Positions 48,923 to 61,531 are shown, counted from the stretch's first letter. The stretch is DNA of 64,000 bases from Paenibacillus sp. (GCA_039595515.1 JBCNLJ010000010.1:18197-82196); one strand, 5' to 3'. Translations and numbers: made by a program. Notes: generated by a model not told the origin, from the sequence alone.

Positions 48923-50346
48923 TGCAATTATCCAAACGCAACATTATTATTATCGGGGGCGGGATTACCGGTCTTAGCTCCGCGTTTTATGTACGTAAAT
49001 ATTTTCGTGAACAAGGGTTAGAGCCGCATATTACCGTTTTAGAGCAATCCGGTTCACTTGGCGGCAAGGTGCATACACTGCACCGTGATGGCTTTGTTAT
49101 CGAAAAAGGTCCGGATTCGTATCTGGCTCGTAAAACGGCAATGACCGAGCTAGCGCAAGAAGTTGGGCTGGGTGATGAGATCACGACAACGAACCCGAAT
49201 GCCAAGAAAACCTACATTTTGCATGACGGCAAGCTGCATCCGATGCCATCCGGTCTGGTGCTAGGTATTCCGACAGAGCTGCGTCCATTTATGGAAAGCG
49301 ATCTGATCTCCATGGATGGTAAAATTCGCGCGCTCGAGGATTTCCTGTTACCTGCCAAAATGGATGGAGAAGATGAATCGCTCGGTGATTTTATCGAGCG
49401 TCGGCTGGGCAAAGAAGTGCTGGAAAATGTAACCGAGCCACTGCTGGCAGGCATCTATGCCGGTGACACGCGCAAGCTGAGCTTGCAGGCCACCTTTCCA
49501 CAATTCGGTGCTGTAGAGCGTGAATATGGCAGCCTGATCAAAGGGATGAATACCGGTCGCAAGCCAGTTGAGACGCACACAGGCACGAAGAAGAGTGCAT
49601 TTTTCACCTTTAAACGTGGTCTGCAAAGCTTAACTGAGAAACTGCAAGAGACATTATCACCGGATGTGGATTTCCGTCTGCATACCGGCGCAAGCTCGAT
49701 TGCTTATGACAATGGTATGTACACCGTAGCGCTCAGTGACGGTAGCAAGCTGGAAGCAGAGCATGTGATCGTTACGGTGCCTGCCTTTGCTGCGGCACCT
49801 CTGCTGAAAGGGCATGTCGATACGACTGCGCTGGATCGCATCAACTATGTATCGGTGGCGAATGTCGTAATGGCATTTGACCGCAAAGATATCGAGACAG
49901 AGTACGATGGTTCAGGCTTCCTCGTTCCACGTAAGGAAGGACGTACGATTACGGCATGCACATGGACATCGACCAAATGGCTGCACACCAGCCCGGATGA
50001 CCGGGTGCTGATGCGCTTTTACGTCGGTCGTGATGGGCAGGAGGAAGTTGTAGAGCAGACGGATGAAGAGATTACAGCACGCGTGCTAACAGATATGCGC
50101 GAGCTGATGGGAATCGATGCACAGCCGTTATTTACAGAGATTACCCGTCTTCGTCATTCGATGCCGCAATATCCGGTCGGTCATATGGACGCGATTCAAA
50201 GCATGCGTAACGAACTGGAGCAACAGCGTCCGGGTCTGCTATTGCTTGGCGCAGGCTATGACGGAGTCGGCTTGCCGGATTGTGTGCGTACGGCAAGAGA
50301 TGCCGCTGAGCTGGAAAGCAAGCGTGTAAACGTGCTGGTGAATTAA
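48922..50346 (+). CDS. hemG: Protoporphyrinogen/coproporphyrinogen oxidase (HemG/HemY)
   Basis: IIGGGITGL FAD motif, EKGPDS, GIYAGD, PQYPVGH, GVGLPDC. Confidence 0.95.
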   Translation: MQLSKRNIIIIGGGITGLSSAFYVRKYFREQGLEPHITVLEQSGSLGGKVHTLHRDGFVIEKGPDSYLARKTAMTELAQEVGLGDEITTTNPNAKKTYILHDGKLHPMPSGLVLGIPTELRPFMESDLISMDGKIRALEDFLLPAKMDGEDESLGDFIERRLGKEVLENVTEPLLAGIYAGDTRKLSLQATFPQFGAVEREYGSLIKGMNTGRKPVETHTGTKKSAFFTFKRGLQSLTEKLQETLSPDVDFRLHTGASSIAYDNGMYTVALSDGSKLEAEHVIVTVPAFAAAPLLKGHVDTTALDRINYVSVANVVMAFDRKDIETEYDGSGFLVPRKEGRTITACTWTSTKWLHTSPDDRVLMRFYVGRDGQEEVVEQTDEEITARVLTDMRELMGIDAQPLFTEITRLRHSMPQYPVGHMDAIQSMRNELEQQRPGLLLLGAGYDGVGLPDCVRTARDAAELESKRVNVLVN

Positions 50347-50390
50347 ACGGTTATGCTATATGAACCTTATGCTACTATAGCTGGATAATG

Positions 50391-50429
50391 AAAGGCGCTT
50401 CGTCCTCTGATGGGGATGAAGCGCTTTTT
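50391..50429 (+). terminator. Terminator of hem operon
   Basis: AAAGGCGCTTCGTCC / GGATGAAGCGCTTTTT. Confidence 0.85.
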
Positions 50430-50459
50430 GTGTTAGTTTCGGCGTCTTTCGTATCAGGG

Positions 50460-50543
50460 CGTGTATGTAAGACCATATACGCATGCTCATATACGCAAGG
50501 GCATGTACTCAAGACCATATAGGCAAGCTCATATATGTATAAG
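50460..50543. repeat. Degenerate 14-bp minisatellite
   Basis: CATATA or CATGTA at 50474, 50488, 50502, 50516 and 50530. Confidence 0.75.
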
Positions 50544-50870
50544 GAGCACTTCACTATGTAAAGGAAGTCAAGGATAAGAACGCCTTCCCGTGTTAGCGAT
50601 GGTCTAACGCAGGATTCAATGAAAAGGAATTTGTGCCTGACCCTATATCGTACTGCTTTTGAGCAAGGGAATCGACATTGCACTTCTACTCCGCAGATTC
50701 CCATGCGAGATAGGGGGCTGTCCCAGCAACAATCGTTTGCGTACATGCCCTGGTGTACATATCACCAGTTGCAGATTAGCATCAGCAAACGTAATTATGC
50801 AGAGCAAGCTTTTCGCCTGGAAGTGGAACCTGCTATAATAGATAAGACGTATCAGTTAAAGGAGTAAAGC

Positions 50871-52334
50871 ATGTATACAACAAGATCTGAACAATCCCGT
50901 CAAAAGAAGCAGGACGCGCTGCTACGCCGTAAACGGCGCTTTAGACGGTGGATGCTCTTGAACGGTATACTCGTTGCGGCGATTATACTGGTCGGAGTAA
51001 TGTACTGGACACAGGATTTTTCACCTTCATCCATCACATCAGCGGCGGAAAGTCACGTAGATGCTCCATCGGTAGCGGAGAAAACGCAAACGGCTGAATC
51101 TCAGTCACAGGCGCAAGATAACAGCCCTTCATCAGAAGAGCTTGCGCCTGAGTCAGAGGAACAGCCGAATAGCGCAGCCGGGCAGGAAGCCGCAATAGAC
51201 GAGGATGAAGCTAGCAATAATGAACAAACGGATGCTGAAACAGCGCCGATTCCAGCGGAGTCCACGGATTCGGAAGCAACAGCCGCAGGATCAAATGATC
51301 AGTCTGCATCCAGCGATACAGCAGTTGATAAGGACAAGCAGCCATCAGCTACACCGCTTGCACCGGGGACAGACACAGAACCACAGGGAAAAACGGTTAC
51401 TCTTAATTTCGGTGGCGACGTGATGTTTTCTGGTAAGGTCGGCGAGCTGCTGGCGAAGAAAGGGTATGATTATCCATATCAGTATGTGAAGCAGCTTTTT
51501 ACAAAAGATGATCTGACGGTTGTAAATTTAGAGACGCCGGTTACAGGCTCTAACACAACAGCAGCCGATAAGACGTATACGTTCAAGTCTTCGCCGGAGG
51601 CATTGCCCCATATGGCTGCTGCGGGCATAGATGCCGTGAATCTGGCCAATAATCATATTCTGGATCAGGGCATCGTCGGCTTAACCGATACGATTCGTCA
51701 GCTAGATGCGAGCGGTGTGAAATATGTCGGAGCGGGAGCGGATGCTGCCCGTGCGTATGAGCCGGTCATATTTGAACGCAAAGGAATACGTATCGCCTTG
51801 CTTGGCTTTAGTCGTGTCATTCCAAAGGCAAGCTGGAATGCGGGTAGCAATCAGCCGGGTGTTGCCACAGCCTATGATGCGACAGCCGCAGAAGCAGCGA
51901 TTCGCAAAGCGAAAAGCAATGCCGATCTTGTCGTTGTCGTTGCGCACTGGGGCGTAGAACGCTCAGATGCTACGGTAGATTCCCAGACCGATCTGGCGCA
52001 TCGTTTTATCGATGCAGGTGCGGATCTGGTTGTAGGTGGTCATCCGCATGTGCTTCAGGGTGTAGAACAATATAAAGGCAAGTGGATTGCCTATAGCACA
52101 GGGAACTTTATTTTCACCCGTTCATTGACGGAGAAGACCTGGGATACCGGTGTGTTTCAGGCGGTCTGCTCGGTTAAGGGTGATTGTAGCATGAAGGTTA
52201 TTCCCTATACGGCCAACCTTGGACAGCCGGTACCGATGGAGCAGCAGCCTGCTGAGGCGTTGCTGCAACGTCTGCAATCACTTTCCACCGGTATACGTTT
52301 TGATGTGAAAGGTAATGCGATTCCGCTAAAGTAA
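50871..52334 (+). CDS. CapA-family metallophosphatase-fold membrane protein
   Basis: N-terminal TM, acidic spacer, GGDVMF, NLETP, LANNHILD, HWGVE, GGHPHV, YSTGNF. Confidence 0.9.
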   Translation: MYTTRSEQSRQKKQDALLRRKRRFRRWMLLNGILVAAIILVGVMYWTQDFSPSSITSAAESHVDAPSVAEKTQTAESQSQAQDNSPSSEELAPESEEQPNSAAGQEAAIDEDEASNNEQTDAETAPIPAESTDSEATAAGSNDQSASSDTAVDKDKQPSATPLAPGTDTEPQGKTVTLNFGGDVMFSGKVGELLAKKGYDYPYQYVKQLFTKDDLTVVNLETPVTGSNTTAADKTYTFKSSPEALPHMAAAGIDAVNLANNHILDQGIVGLTDTIRQLDASGVKYVGAGADAARAYEPVIFERKGIRIALLGFSRVIPKASWNAGSNQPGVATAYDATAAEAAIRKAKSNADLVVVVAHWGVERSDATVDSQTDLAHRFIDAGADLVVGGHPHVLQGVEQYKGKWIAYSTGNFIFTRSLTEKTWDTGVFQAVCSVKGDCSMKVIPYTANLGQPVPMEQQPAEALLQRLQSLSTGIRFDVKGNAIPLK

Positions 52335-52446
52335 GCTATACCAGAATATACAGCACGTTAATCAATCATCGTACTACGTTCACCGTTCTATAGTACAGGT
52401 GAATGCTTCAAACTATTCCATTTCCCATCGATAAGGAGAATGCTCA

Positions 52447-53070
52447 ATGAGTGCTATTCAAAATGTATACTGTGTAGGTCGTAATTATCGTTTACATGCA
52501 GAGGAGCTTGGCAATGAAGTACCGAGCTCACCGATGATCTTCCTTAAGCCTTCTCATGCGGCTGTACCTTTTACGAATGATGCACTGGTGCTGCCAGCCG
52601 ATAAAGGTGAGATTCATTACGAAGCTGAACTCGTCGTTCGGATCGGTCGTGATTATGAGCCCGGTCTGTCCGCCGAGCAGTTAGTAGATGGACTGGCACT
52701 TGGTATCGATTTTACTTTGCGTGATGTACAGAGTGTACTCAAGCAAAAGGGTCATCCATGGACAGCAGCTAAAGGCTTCAAAAACTCTGCACCATTGACT
52801 TCCTTCGTACCATTTCCAGGTACAGAGGGCTGGCTGAACAATGAGTTTGCGTTATTGAAAAATGGAGAGCAGGTTCAGCTCGGACGTACAACGAATATGA
52901 TCTTTTCGCTGGAAACGATTTTGACGCATATCGGTGAACATTATGGTTTGTCCGCAGGCGATATTATTTTCACCGGTACACCGGAAGGCGTCGGCCCTGT
53001 CGTAGCAGGTGATACCTTTGAGCTGATCTATGCTGGCGCATCGGTTGGTAAGTGCCAGATTGCCCAATGA
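52447..53070 (+). CDS. Fumarylacetoacetate hydrolase family protein
   Basis: YCVGRNY..HA.EL, HYEAEL, DFTLRD, FTGTPEGVG. Confidence 0.92.
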   Translation: MSAIQNVYCVGRNYRLHAEELGNEVPSSPMIFLKPSHAAVPFTNDALVLPADKGEIHYEAELVVRIGRDYEPGLSAEQLVDGLALGIDFTLRDVQSVLKQKGHPWTAAKGFKNSAPLTSFVPFPGTEGWLNNEFALLKNGEQVQLGRTTNMIFSLETILTHIGEHYGLSAGDIIFTGTPEGVGPVVAGDTFELIYAGASVGKCQIAQ

Positions 53071-53915
53071 GCGTCTGGTTGGATTGGCTAATCGGTTTAG
53101 CCTGTGCAGGTCTGATTGCTGGACTTGGATATCGTAAGCAATGGCTGTCCGGTTCAGGAGCAATCGCAGCGGCAATGATGGGTACGATCTATTATGCCGC
53201 TGGAAGTCTGCTCTGGTTCGGATTGCTAATATTGTTTTTTATTAGCGGCAGTGTATTGTCGCGGATGAAGCGTGAGCGTAAGCGGCGCATGGAGCAGGAT
53301 TATGCGAAGGGATCGCGCCGCGATGCAGGGCAAGTATTTGCAAATGGTGGGCTGGGCATGCTGCTCTGTCTGGGTAACGCCTTTGCTCCCCATGAAGCAT
53401 GGGTGCTTGTCTTTGTTGGCGTGATGGCGACGGTGACTGCGGATACATGGGCAACCGAAATGGGAAGCCTGAGTCGTAAGCCGCCACGTTCGGTATTAAA
53501 CGGTCGTGTGCTGGAGCCTGGCGCATCCGGTGGGGTGTCGCTTCGAGGCACCATGGCTGCTGCCGCAGGCGGTGCGATCATCGGCGGCGCGGCGTGGTTG
53601 TTTTCGCTTCTGTCTTCTGCGGGTAATCCATATACTGACTTATCCAGTTTTGCCAGTGTGCTGTATGGCGCATGTGTGATGGTGTTTGCCGGTCTGATCG
53701 GCGGTCTTGCAGGCTGCTTTGCCGACTCCTACTTAGGAGCAACGGTGCAGCTTATGCACCGCTGTACCGTGTGCGGTAAGATCGTTGAAACGAACATACA
53801 CCACGGACAGCCAACGGTCTATGCCAGAGGATGGCGCTGGATGAATAATGATATGGTGAACGCGGTAAGCTCTATTTTTGGTGGAGCGGTAGCGCTACTG
53901 TTTTTAGTCATATAG
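53067..53915 (+). CDS. DUF92 family membrane protein
   Basis: RDAGQVFANG, ADTWATEMG, PGASGGVS, DSYLGATVQ, NDMVN. Confidence 0.9.
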   Translation: MSVWLDWLIGLACAGLIAGLGYRKQWLSGSGAIAAAMMGTIYYAAGSLLWFGLLILFFISGSVLSRMKRERKRRMEQDYAKGSRRDAGQVFANGGLGMLLCLGNAFAPHEAWVLVFVGVMATVTADTWATEMGSLSRKPPRSVLNGRVLEPGASGGVSLRGTMAAAAGGAIIGGAAWLFSLLSSAGNPYTDLSSFASVLYGACVMVFAGLIGGLAGCFADSYLGATVQLMHRCTVCGKIVETNIHHGQPTVYARGWRWMNNDMVNAVSSIFGGAVALLFLVI

Positions 53916-53925
53916 GAGGTGGCGT

Positions 53926-54519
53926 ATGAGCGGCACGACAGGAGACAAATTGGACCTGATACTGGACGCTGCTTATGAGCTGTTTGGCGTGGACGGATTT
54001 TATGAAACGAAAATTTCTGACATTGCCAATCGGGCGGGTATTGCCAAAGGTACGGTTTATTTATATTTTAAAAGTAAGGAAGAGCTGTGTCTGGCGGTCA
54101 CAAGGCGTGACTGTGAACAGTTTCTCGATAATTTGGAAGAGGCACTGCGGCCCTGTACGAATATGGCAGATAAGCTGTACGTGATCGCTGTTCATCATAC
54201 ACGCTATCATTTTGAACGCCGCAAATATATGAAGCTCGTTTTCCGCGCGCCTAACAATGATCCGGCGTTGATGCAATATATGCGCCAATTCATGTTCCGT
54301 TATATGGAAATGGTGCTGGATGTGTTAAAAGAGGGCAAGGTTGCCCATCCGCAGTGGTCGGCAGAATCGTATATCGGCATGCTGGATCGCGTCAAAATGG
54401 ATCTGATGTTCAATCCGGACTTTAACGAGCAGCAATTGCAGGAGCGTACACGCTTCGTGACGGATCTGTTCCTGATGGGCTGCGAAAAGCAGATTAATCG
54501 CCCTTCCGACCCATCGTAA
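53926..54519 (+). CDS. TetR/AcrR-family regulator
   Basis: ISDIANRAGIAKGTVYLYFKSKEEL. Confidence 0.92.
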   Translation: MSGTTGDKLDLILDAAYELFGVDGFYETKISDIANRAGIAKGTVYLYFKSKEELCLAVTRRDCEQFLDNLEEALRPCTNMADKLYVIAVHHTRYHFERRKYMKLVFRAPNNDPALMQYMRQFMFRYMEMVLDVLKEGKVAHPQWSAESYIGMLDRVKMDLMFNPDFNEQQLQERTRFVTDLFLMGCEKQINRPSDPS

Positions 54520-54750
54520 AGGCAATGTTGTATCGCTGCGTATTATTTAAATCACAGGTCAGGCTGCACTTCATTCTGAATCGTTGGATAGCTTTATATT
54601 AAATCGACGATCCAGACAACAATAGCGAAGCCTACTGCATGTACAATATACGAACGTGGAACATATAATCATAAAGCATCCTGTAAGACAAAAAACAAAC
54701 CCCATAATCGAGATCAATGACAGGCCTGGAGCCTGAGAAGGTGAATCGCA

Positions 54751-56718
54751 ATGAACATAATGACTGTGGAATCACTCGCCAAAAGCTTTGGCGATAAAAT
54801 ACTGTTTCAAGACGCCTCATTTGGCATGGAAGATCGCGACAAGATCGGTATTATCGGTGTCAACGGAACAGGTAAGTCCACGTTTCTGAAAATTATCGCA
54901 GGACTGGAGGAGCCAGACAGCGGACAGGTCGTGATCGGCAATAGTGTGCGTGTACGTTATCTGGCACAAAATCCACCATATGATCCGAACGCAACCGTAT
55001 TGCGTCAGGTGTTCGATGGTGGCGGTGAAGAGCTGCAAGCGGTCAGCGCTTATATGAGCGTTATGGATCAATTGGAGCAGCAGCCGGATGATCCGGCAGT
55101 ACAGCAGGAGCTTGTACGTATCAGTCAGGACATGGATCGACTGGATGCGTGGTCGCTGGAAAGTGAAGCGAAAAACGTACTGTCCAAGCTCGGCATTACC
55201 CGTTATGATGCGCTGATGGGTACATTATCCGGCGGTCAGCGTAAGCGTGTAGCACTCGCCACAGCGCTTATTCAGCCAGCAGAGCTGCTGATTCTGGATG
55301 AGCCAACCAACCATATTGACCATGATTCGGTTACGTGGTTGGAACAATATTTGCAAAAGCGGCGCGGCGCCTTGCTGATGATTACGCATGATCGCTATTT
55401 CCTTGATCGTGTAGCAACCGTCATGCTGGAGCTGGATGGCGGACGACTGTTCCGTTATGAAGCGAACTATACACGCTATCTGGAGCTAAAAGCAGACCGT
55501 GAGGAGCGCGAAGCAGCAGCAGAGGACAAGCGGCAAAATCTGCTACGTCGTGAGCTGGCATGGATTCGCCGCGGCGCTAAAGCCCGTACGACCAAGCAAA
55601 AGGCGAGAATTGATCGCTTTGAGCAGCTACAAAATGATGCGCCTGGACGTAAAGGGGATCAACTGGAAGTATCGACCGTTTCCTCTCGTCTCGGTAAACA
55701 GATTATTGAGCTGGAGGATGTGTCGCTCACACTGGGTGGACATGAACTCATTCACGAGCTGACGTACCATGCCGTACCTGGTGATCGCATCGGTATCGTT
55801 GGTCCAAACGGACGCGGCAAATCGACGCTGCTTAACCTGATTTCCGGACGAATCGAGCCAACGTCTGGACGCATCATTACCGGACAAACGGTCAAATTCG
55901 GTTACTTCACGCAGGAGCATCAGGAAATGGATGAATCGATGCGGGTGATCGAATACATTAAGGAAGCAGCCGAAGTGGTCAAAACATCCGACGGTAGCAG
56001 CATTACTGCCGCGCAGATGCTCGAACGCTTCCTGTTCCCGCCAGCCGCACAATGGACACCGATTGCCAAGCTGTCCGGTGGCGAAAAGCGCAGACTGTAT
56101 CTACTGCGCGTATTGATGAGCGCACCGAATGTGCTGTTGCTCGATGAGCCGACCAATGATCTGGATATTACGACATTGACGGTACTGGAAGACTATTTAG
56201 AGGAATTCCCAGGCGTTGTACTGGTCGTATCTCACGATCGTTATTTCCTGGATCGCACCTGTGAGAAAATATTCGCGCTTGAAGGCGGCGGTGTCGTTAG
56301 CATTCATGCGGGGAACTATAGCGAGTATGAGGAGCGTACAGGCGGACAATCAATGAAGTCCGAGCTATCCGCTGAAGGCAAAGGAGCTGCACAGCCGAAA
56401 GCAGCTACTGCTGCGAGTAACAGTAGTTCCAATGCGAATGAATCAGCAGGCGAAACGAGCAAACGTAGCTCCTCGCGTGACAAGCTCAAGTTCAGTTACA
56501 AGGAACAGCGCGAATACGAGCAGATCGATAGCATGATCGAAGCTGCCGAGCAAAAGCTCGAACGCATTACTACCGAGATGGAAGCCGCATTCAGCGATTC
56601 TGTACGCCTGCAGGAGCTGATGGCAGAGCAAGCCAATGCCGAGCAGGAGCTGGAGCATTTGATGGAGCGCTGGACATATTTGAACGAGCTGGCGGAGAAG
56701 ATCGCGGAGCAGGGGTAA
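54751..56718 (+). CDS. ABC-F ATPase (Uup/YfmR-like) with C-terminal coiled coil
   Basis: Two NBDs (GVNGTGKST/LSGGQ and GPNGRGKST/LSGGE), linker ELAWIRRGAKARTTKQKARI, no TM segments. Confidence 0.92.
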   Translation: MNIMTVESLAKSFGDKILFQDASFGMEDRDKIGIIGVNGTGKSTFLKIIAGLEEPDSGQVVIGNSVRVRYLAQNPPYDPNATVLRQVFDGGGEELQAVSAYMSVMDQLEQQPDDPAVQQELVRISQDMDRLDAWSLESEAKNVLSKLGITRYDALMGTLSGGQRKRVALATALIQPAELLILDEPTNHIDHDSVTWLEQYLQKRRGALLMITHDRYFLDRVATVMLELDGGRLFRYEANYTRYLELKADREEREAAAEDKRQNLLRRELAWIRRGAKARTTKQKARIDRFEQLQNDAPGRKGDQLEVSTVSSRLGKQIIELEDVSLTLGGHELIHELTYHAVPGDRIGIVGPNGRGKSTLLNLISGRIEPTSGRIITGQTVKFGYFTQEHQEMDESMRVIEYIKEAAEVVKTSDGSSITAAQMLERFLFPPAAQWTPIAKLSGGEKRRLYLLRVLMSAPNVLLLDEPTNDLDITTLTVLEDYLEEFPGVVLVVSHDRYFLDRTCEKIFALEGGGVVSIHAGNYSEYEERTGGQSMKSELSAEGKGAAQPKAATAASNSSSNANESAGETSKRSSSRDKLKFSYKEQREYEQIDSMIEAAEQKLERITTEMEAAFSDSVRLQELMAEQANAEQELEHLMERWTYLNELAEKIAEQG

Positions 56719-56775
56719 AGGGTTGTCATTGATGTACGCTAGCGGCAATGAGAAGTGAAGTTATAGAAGTTATAA

Positions 56776-56842
56776 TAAAACTCCCTTTTGGATGGAAACC
56801 CATGTATATAAATGTGGGTGTCCAACGTAAAGGGAGTTTTAT
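56776..56842. terminator. Bidirectional terminator
   Basis: TAAAACTCCCTTT / AAAGGGAGTTTTA. Confidence 0.8.
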
Positions 56843-56960
56843 TTATGATGAAAAGCGAAAAAGAACTCTTAAGTTAACAATAGGTGAGATAATTGTATGC
56901 ACATTTTTTGAGCGTGTAGACGTTTAAACCAAACTGCTGTACACAAATGATTTATAAAAA

Positions 56961-57620
56961 TTATATCGTTGTAATCATAACCGTACCACAATTGACATGT
57001 TGTTCATTAATAACAAGATTATGCTTAGTATGAGTTAACATTAGCGGTTGCGCTCGAAATATAGAAATAGTCGGCATATTCCATTGCTCGGCTTCCGTAA
57101 TATTGACACCCGTGAGTGGTTTACGTGCCACCATGCCTTTGATATGTTGTTGAGTGGTTTGTGCTTGGATAGCAGCCTGTAATGAAGTATCTGCTACATA
57201 GCAAGTATGCAAGCTAATATGCTGAATCTGAGCAATGCCCAAAGAAGAAGCAAAAGCAATTCCTCTTAAAATGGCGCCGCGAAACTGGTGCTGCACTTTA
57301 GACCAAATTTGTGTTGTAATTGCTGATTTCAATTCAATAATATGCAGGCTTGCTTTCGTTCGATCCAATGTATCTGATGCTAGAATGATACCATCTGCAC
57401 ATTTTGGGTTGGTTATATACTTTAAAAAGTCATGATGATTCTCACCGAGTACTTGAATAAATTGCTTGTTTGTGGCATTTGAAAATTCTACCTGTACGCT
57501 GGCTTTACCAGCAGGGTCATTTTCCTCTAAAGTCAGAAATGGAGCATCCAGTATTTTATAGTACTCTTTGTTTATTCGATCTAAATCAAATCCAATCTGA
57601 ATCATCTCGTCACTCCACAT
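56961..57620 (-). CDS. Hypothetical protein with PD-(D/E)XK nuclease-like motif
   Basis: KCADGIIL ... LHIIELKS. Coupled to the upstream ATPase; the start may be ATG 57605, which has GGAG upstream. Confidence 0.65.
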   Translation of the reverse strand: MWSDEMIQIGFDLDRINKEYYKILDAPFLTLEENDPAGKASVQVEFSNATNKQFIQVLGENHHDFLKYITNPKCADGIILASDTLDRTKASLHIIELKSAITTQIWSKVQHQFRGAILRGIAFASSLGIAQIQHISLHTCYVADTSLQAAIQAQTTQQHIKGMVARKPLTGVNITEAEQWNMPTISIFRAQPLMLTHTKHNLVINEQHVNCGTVMITTI

Positions 57621-59034
57621 GATTTTGAATAATATCCGTCTCTTTAATTAATTGCTCAAGTGTATCGTTGAATGTTTTCATTTCGAAGCCGTAAGGTCCT
57701 AATTCAAGCTTTGTGATTACAGTACGATCATCAACATTTTCAAATTGATAGGCGTGCACTAACCCAAGATCGGAGATAATATCCTGTTCACTGTAATTTA
57801 ATTTATCTAAAAGATTATCTTTATCATTTCTTTGCGCTATCGTTAATAAATTATTGATCTGTTGTGCGAGTGTGTCACTATGAGTCGTAATCCAGATTGC
57901 TTTATCTTTATTGACAAGACGGAAAAGGAACCGAGCTATCTTTAACTGCATTTCTGTGTGCAGATGGGCTTCTACTTCTTCAATAATCCATAGGTCAGGA
58001 TCATTATTTGAAGACAGAAAAATAGACAGAGGGGCTAGCTCTGAGATGAGTGATGATGTTACATGTAATGGATAATCTATATCAGAATTGTTAGGTTTAA
58101 AAACAAATTGATTATATTGATCTCTTGCTACTGATCCTTTTAATATTTGCTTATTAAGAAATTCTAGCTCATTTTTGTAAACGAGCTGTTGATTAGAACT
58201 TAAATTATATTTTTGTAAACGAGATAAAAAATTATTTACAGGTAAAGTTAGGCTAGTGCCGGGTAAAGAGTTGTGTATCTTCTCATTTCTTTCGTTAACA
58301 GCAAAATCAAATTGCATTTGATCGTCAAAAATATTTCCTACAATTGCTCTATAGGTTTGCATAAATCCAGTTCTTGAGGCAGGGAAATATATAGGTTGAT
58401 CTAAGTCTTTATAAGAAAATTCTGTGTTATAAAAACCATCATTAATCATAGTAGTCATAACAAAAGTTAAAAATCCTTCAATTACTTTTTGATCATTAGA
58501 TGAGATTAAATGAGATTCATTTTCTTCATATTCAAATATATATGTTTTTTGTTTTGAATCAATTCTGTGTGATTGCAAATTACCACTGGGTATAAATTGA
58601 AATTCTTCTTCGTACAGATCAGATTCCAATTGTCGCTTTAAAATGAAAGGAGCTTTAATAATATTAGTTATTTTAATCTTCTCAAGATGTATGGGGAAGT
58701 TGAAAACTCGCTCTAATAGATCATTTATATTTTTCTGTAAAATAGTATTCAACATATTTAGTAGTATTTTTTGTTTATTTTTATCAATAATAACTTTATC
58801 TGTATCATTGAATTCTTTGTATAATGCTTTTATCAAACTAGGGTAGTTTGGGAGATTTTTAAGATCTTTGCGTATGAAGCGCTCACTCTCAGTTATAATC
58901 CCCCACAATAACATCATCAAATAACTCTTACCTGTATTATTTTTACCAACAAACATCATAAACGGAGATACCGTAATCGTTGCTTCTTTAATACGTCCGA
59001 AATTCTTTACATACAAATCCCATTGATTTCGCAT
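57610..59034 (-). CDS. ABC-type ATPase (AAA_15/AAA_21, OLD/Rad50-like clade)
   Basis: YVKNFGRI, Walker A GKNNTGKS, PASRTG, SSLISEL signature, Walker B WIIEEVEAHLH, H-loop ITTHSD. ATG 59034 follows AAGGAG. Confidence 0.88.
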   Translation of the reverse strand: MRNQWDLYVKNFGRIKEATITVSPFMMFVGKNNTGKSYLMMLLWGIITESERFIRKDLKNLPNYPSLIKALYKEFNDTDKVIIDKNKQKILLNMLNTILQKNINDLLERVFNFPIHLEKIKITNIIKAPFILKRQLESDLYEEEFQFIPSGNLQSHRIDSKQKTYIFEYEENESHLISSNDQKVIEGFLTFVMTTMINDGFYNTEFSYKDLDQPIYFPASRTGFMQTYRAIVGNIFDDQMQFDFAVNERNEKIHNSLPGTSLTLPVNNFLSRLQKYNLSSNQQLVYKNELEFLNKQILKGSVARDQYNQFVFKPNNSDIDYPLHVTSSLISELAPLSIFLSSNNDPDLWIIEEVEAHLHTEMQLKIARFLFRLVNKDKAIWITTHSDTLAQQINNLLTIAQRNDKDNLLDKLNYSEQDIISDLGLVHAYQFENVDDRTVITKLELGPYGFEMKTFNDTLEQLIKETDIIQNHVE

Positions 59035-59297
59035 AATACACTCCTTCTCAGCCAAACTATATCTATTAATATACCTTATTTGTCTACATACATAAAATGC
59101 TATCGAATAAACGTGTAGTTCATCCGATAGCATTCCACCTAATCTTATTACATAGGCTTTCACTATTTAAATTCTTCAATTTGCTCATTAAATATTTTAT
59201 TCAAAAAAAATTCTTTGTTTCTATATAACACAACCATTTCGCTTTCCAAGCGATGGTCGTTATACAATGATTTTAAATAAAACTATCGTAAAATACT

Positions 59298-61362
<2,065 letters not shown>

Positions 61363-61531
61363 ATGTCTCGCTACACACTATACGACGATGGCGCACACTC
61401 TGTCAACTTTTTCCAGAGTGTGCGCCATTATCAGCGTAAAGAGAGACGTTCGAAGTTGTGTTAGCGGATTGCAGCTAGATGGAATACAGCGCTGTATCCA
61501 AATCAATCATGACATCGCCGTCATCCATTGA

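Noticed and set aside
50619-50867. 82-aa ORF ending just before the capA-like gene; also 41585-41797 and 28882-29205
   Set aside because: They have weak or absent RBS, atypical composition and no motifs, so they are probably non-coding.
54520-54750. Possible antibiotic-responsive leader for the ABC-F gene
   Set aside because: I found no uORF or terminator pair, and the protein looks like housekeeping Uup/YfmR rather than an ARE-ABCF.
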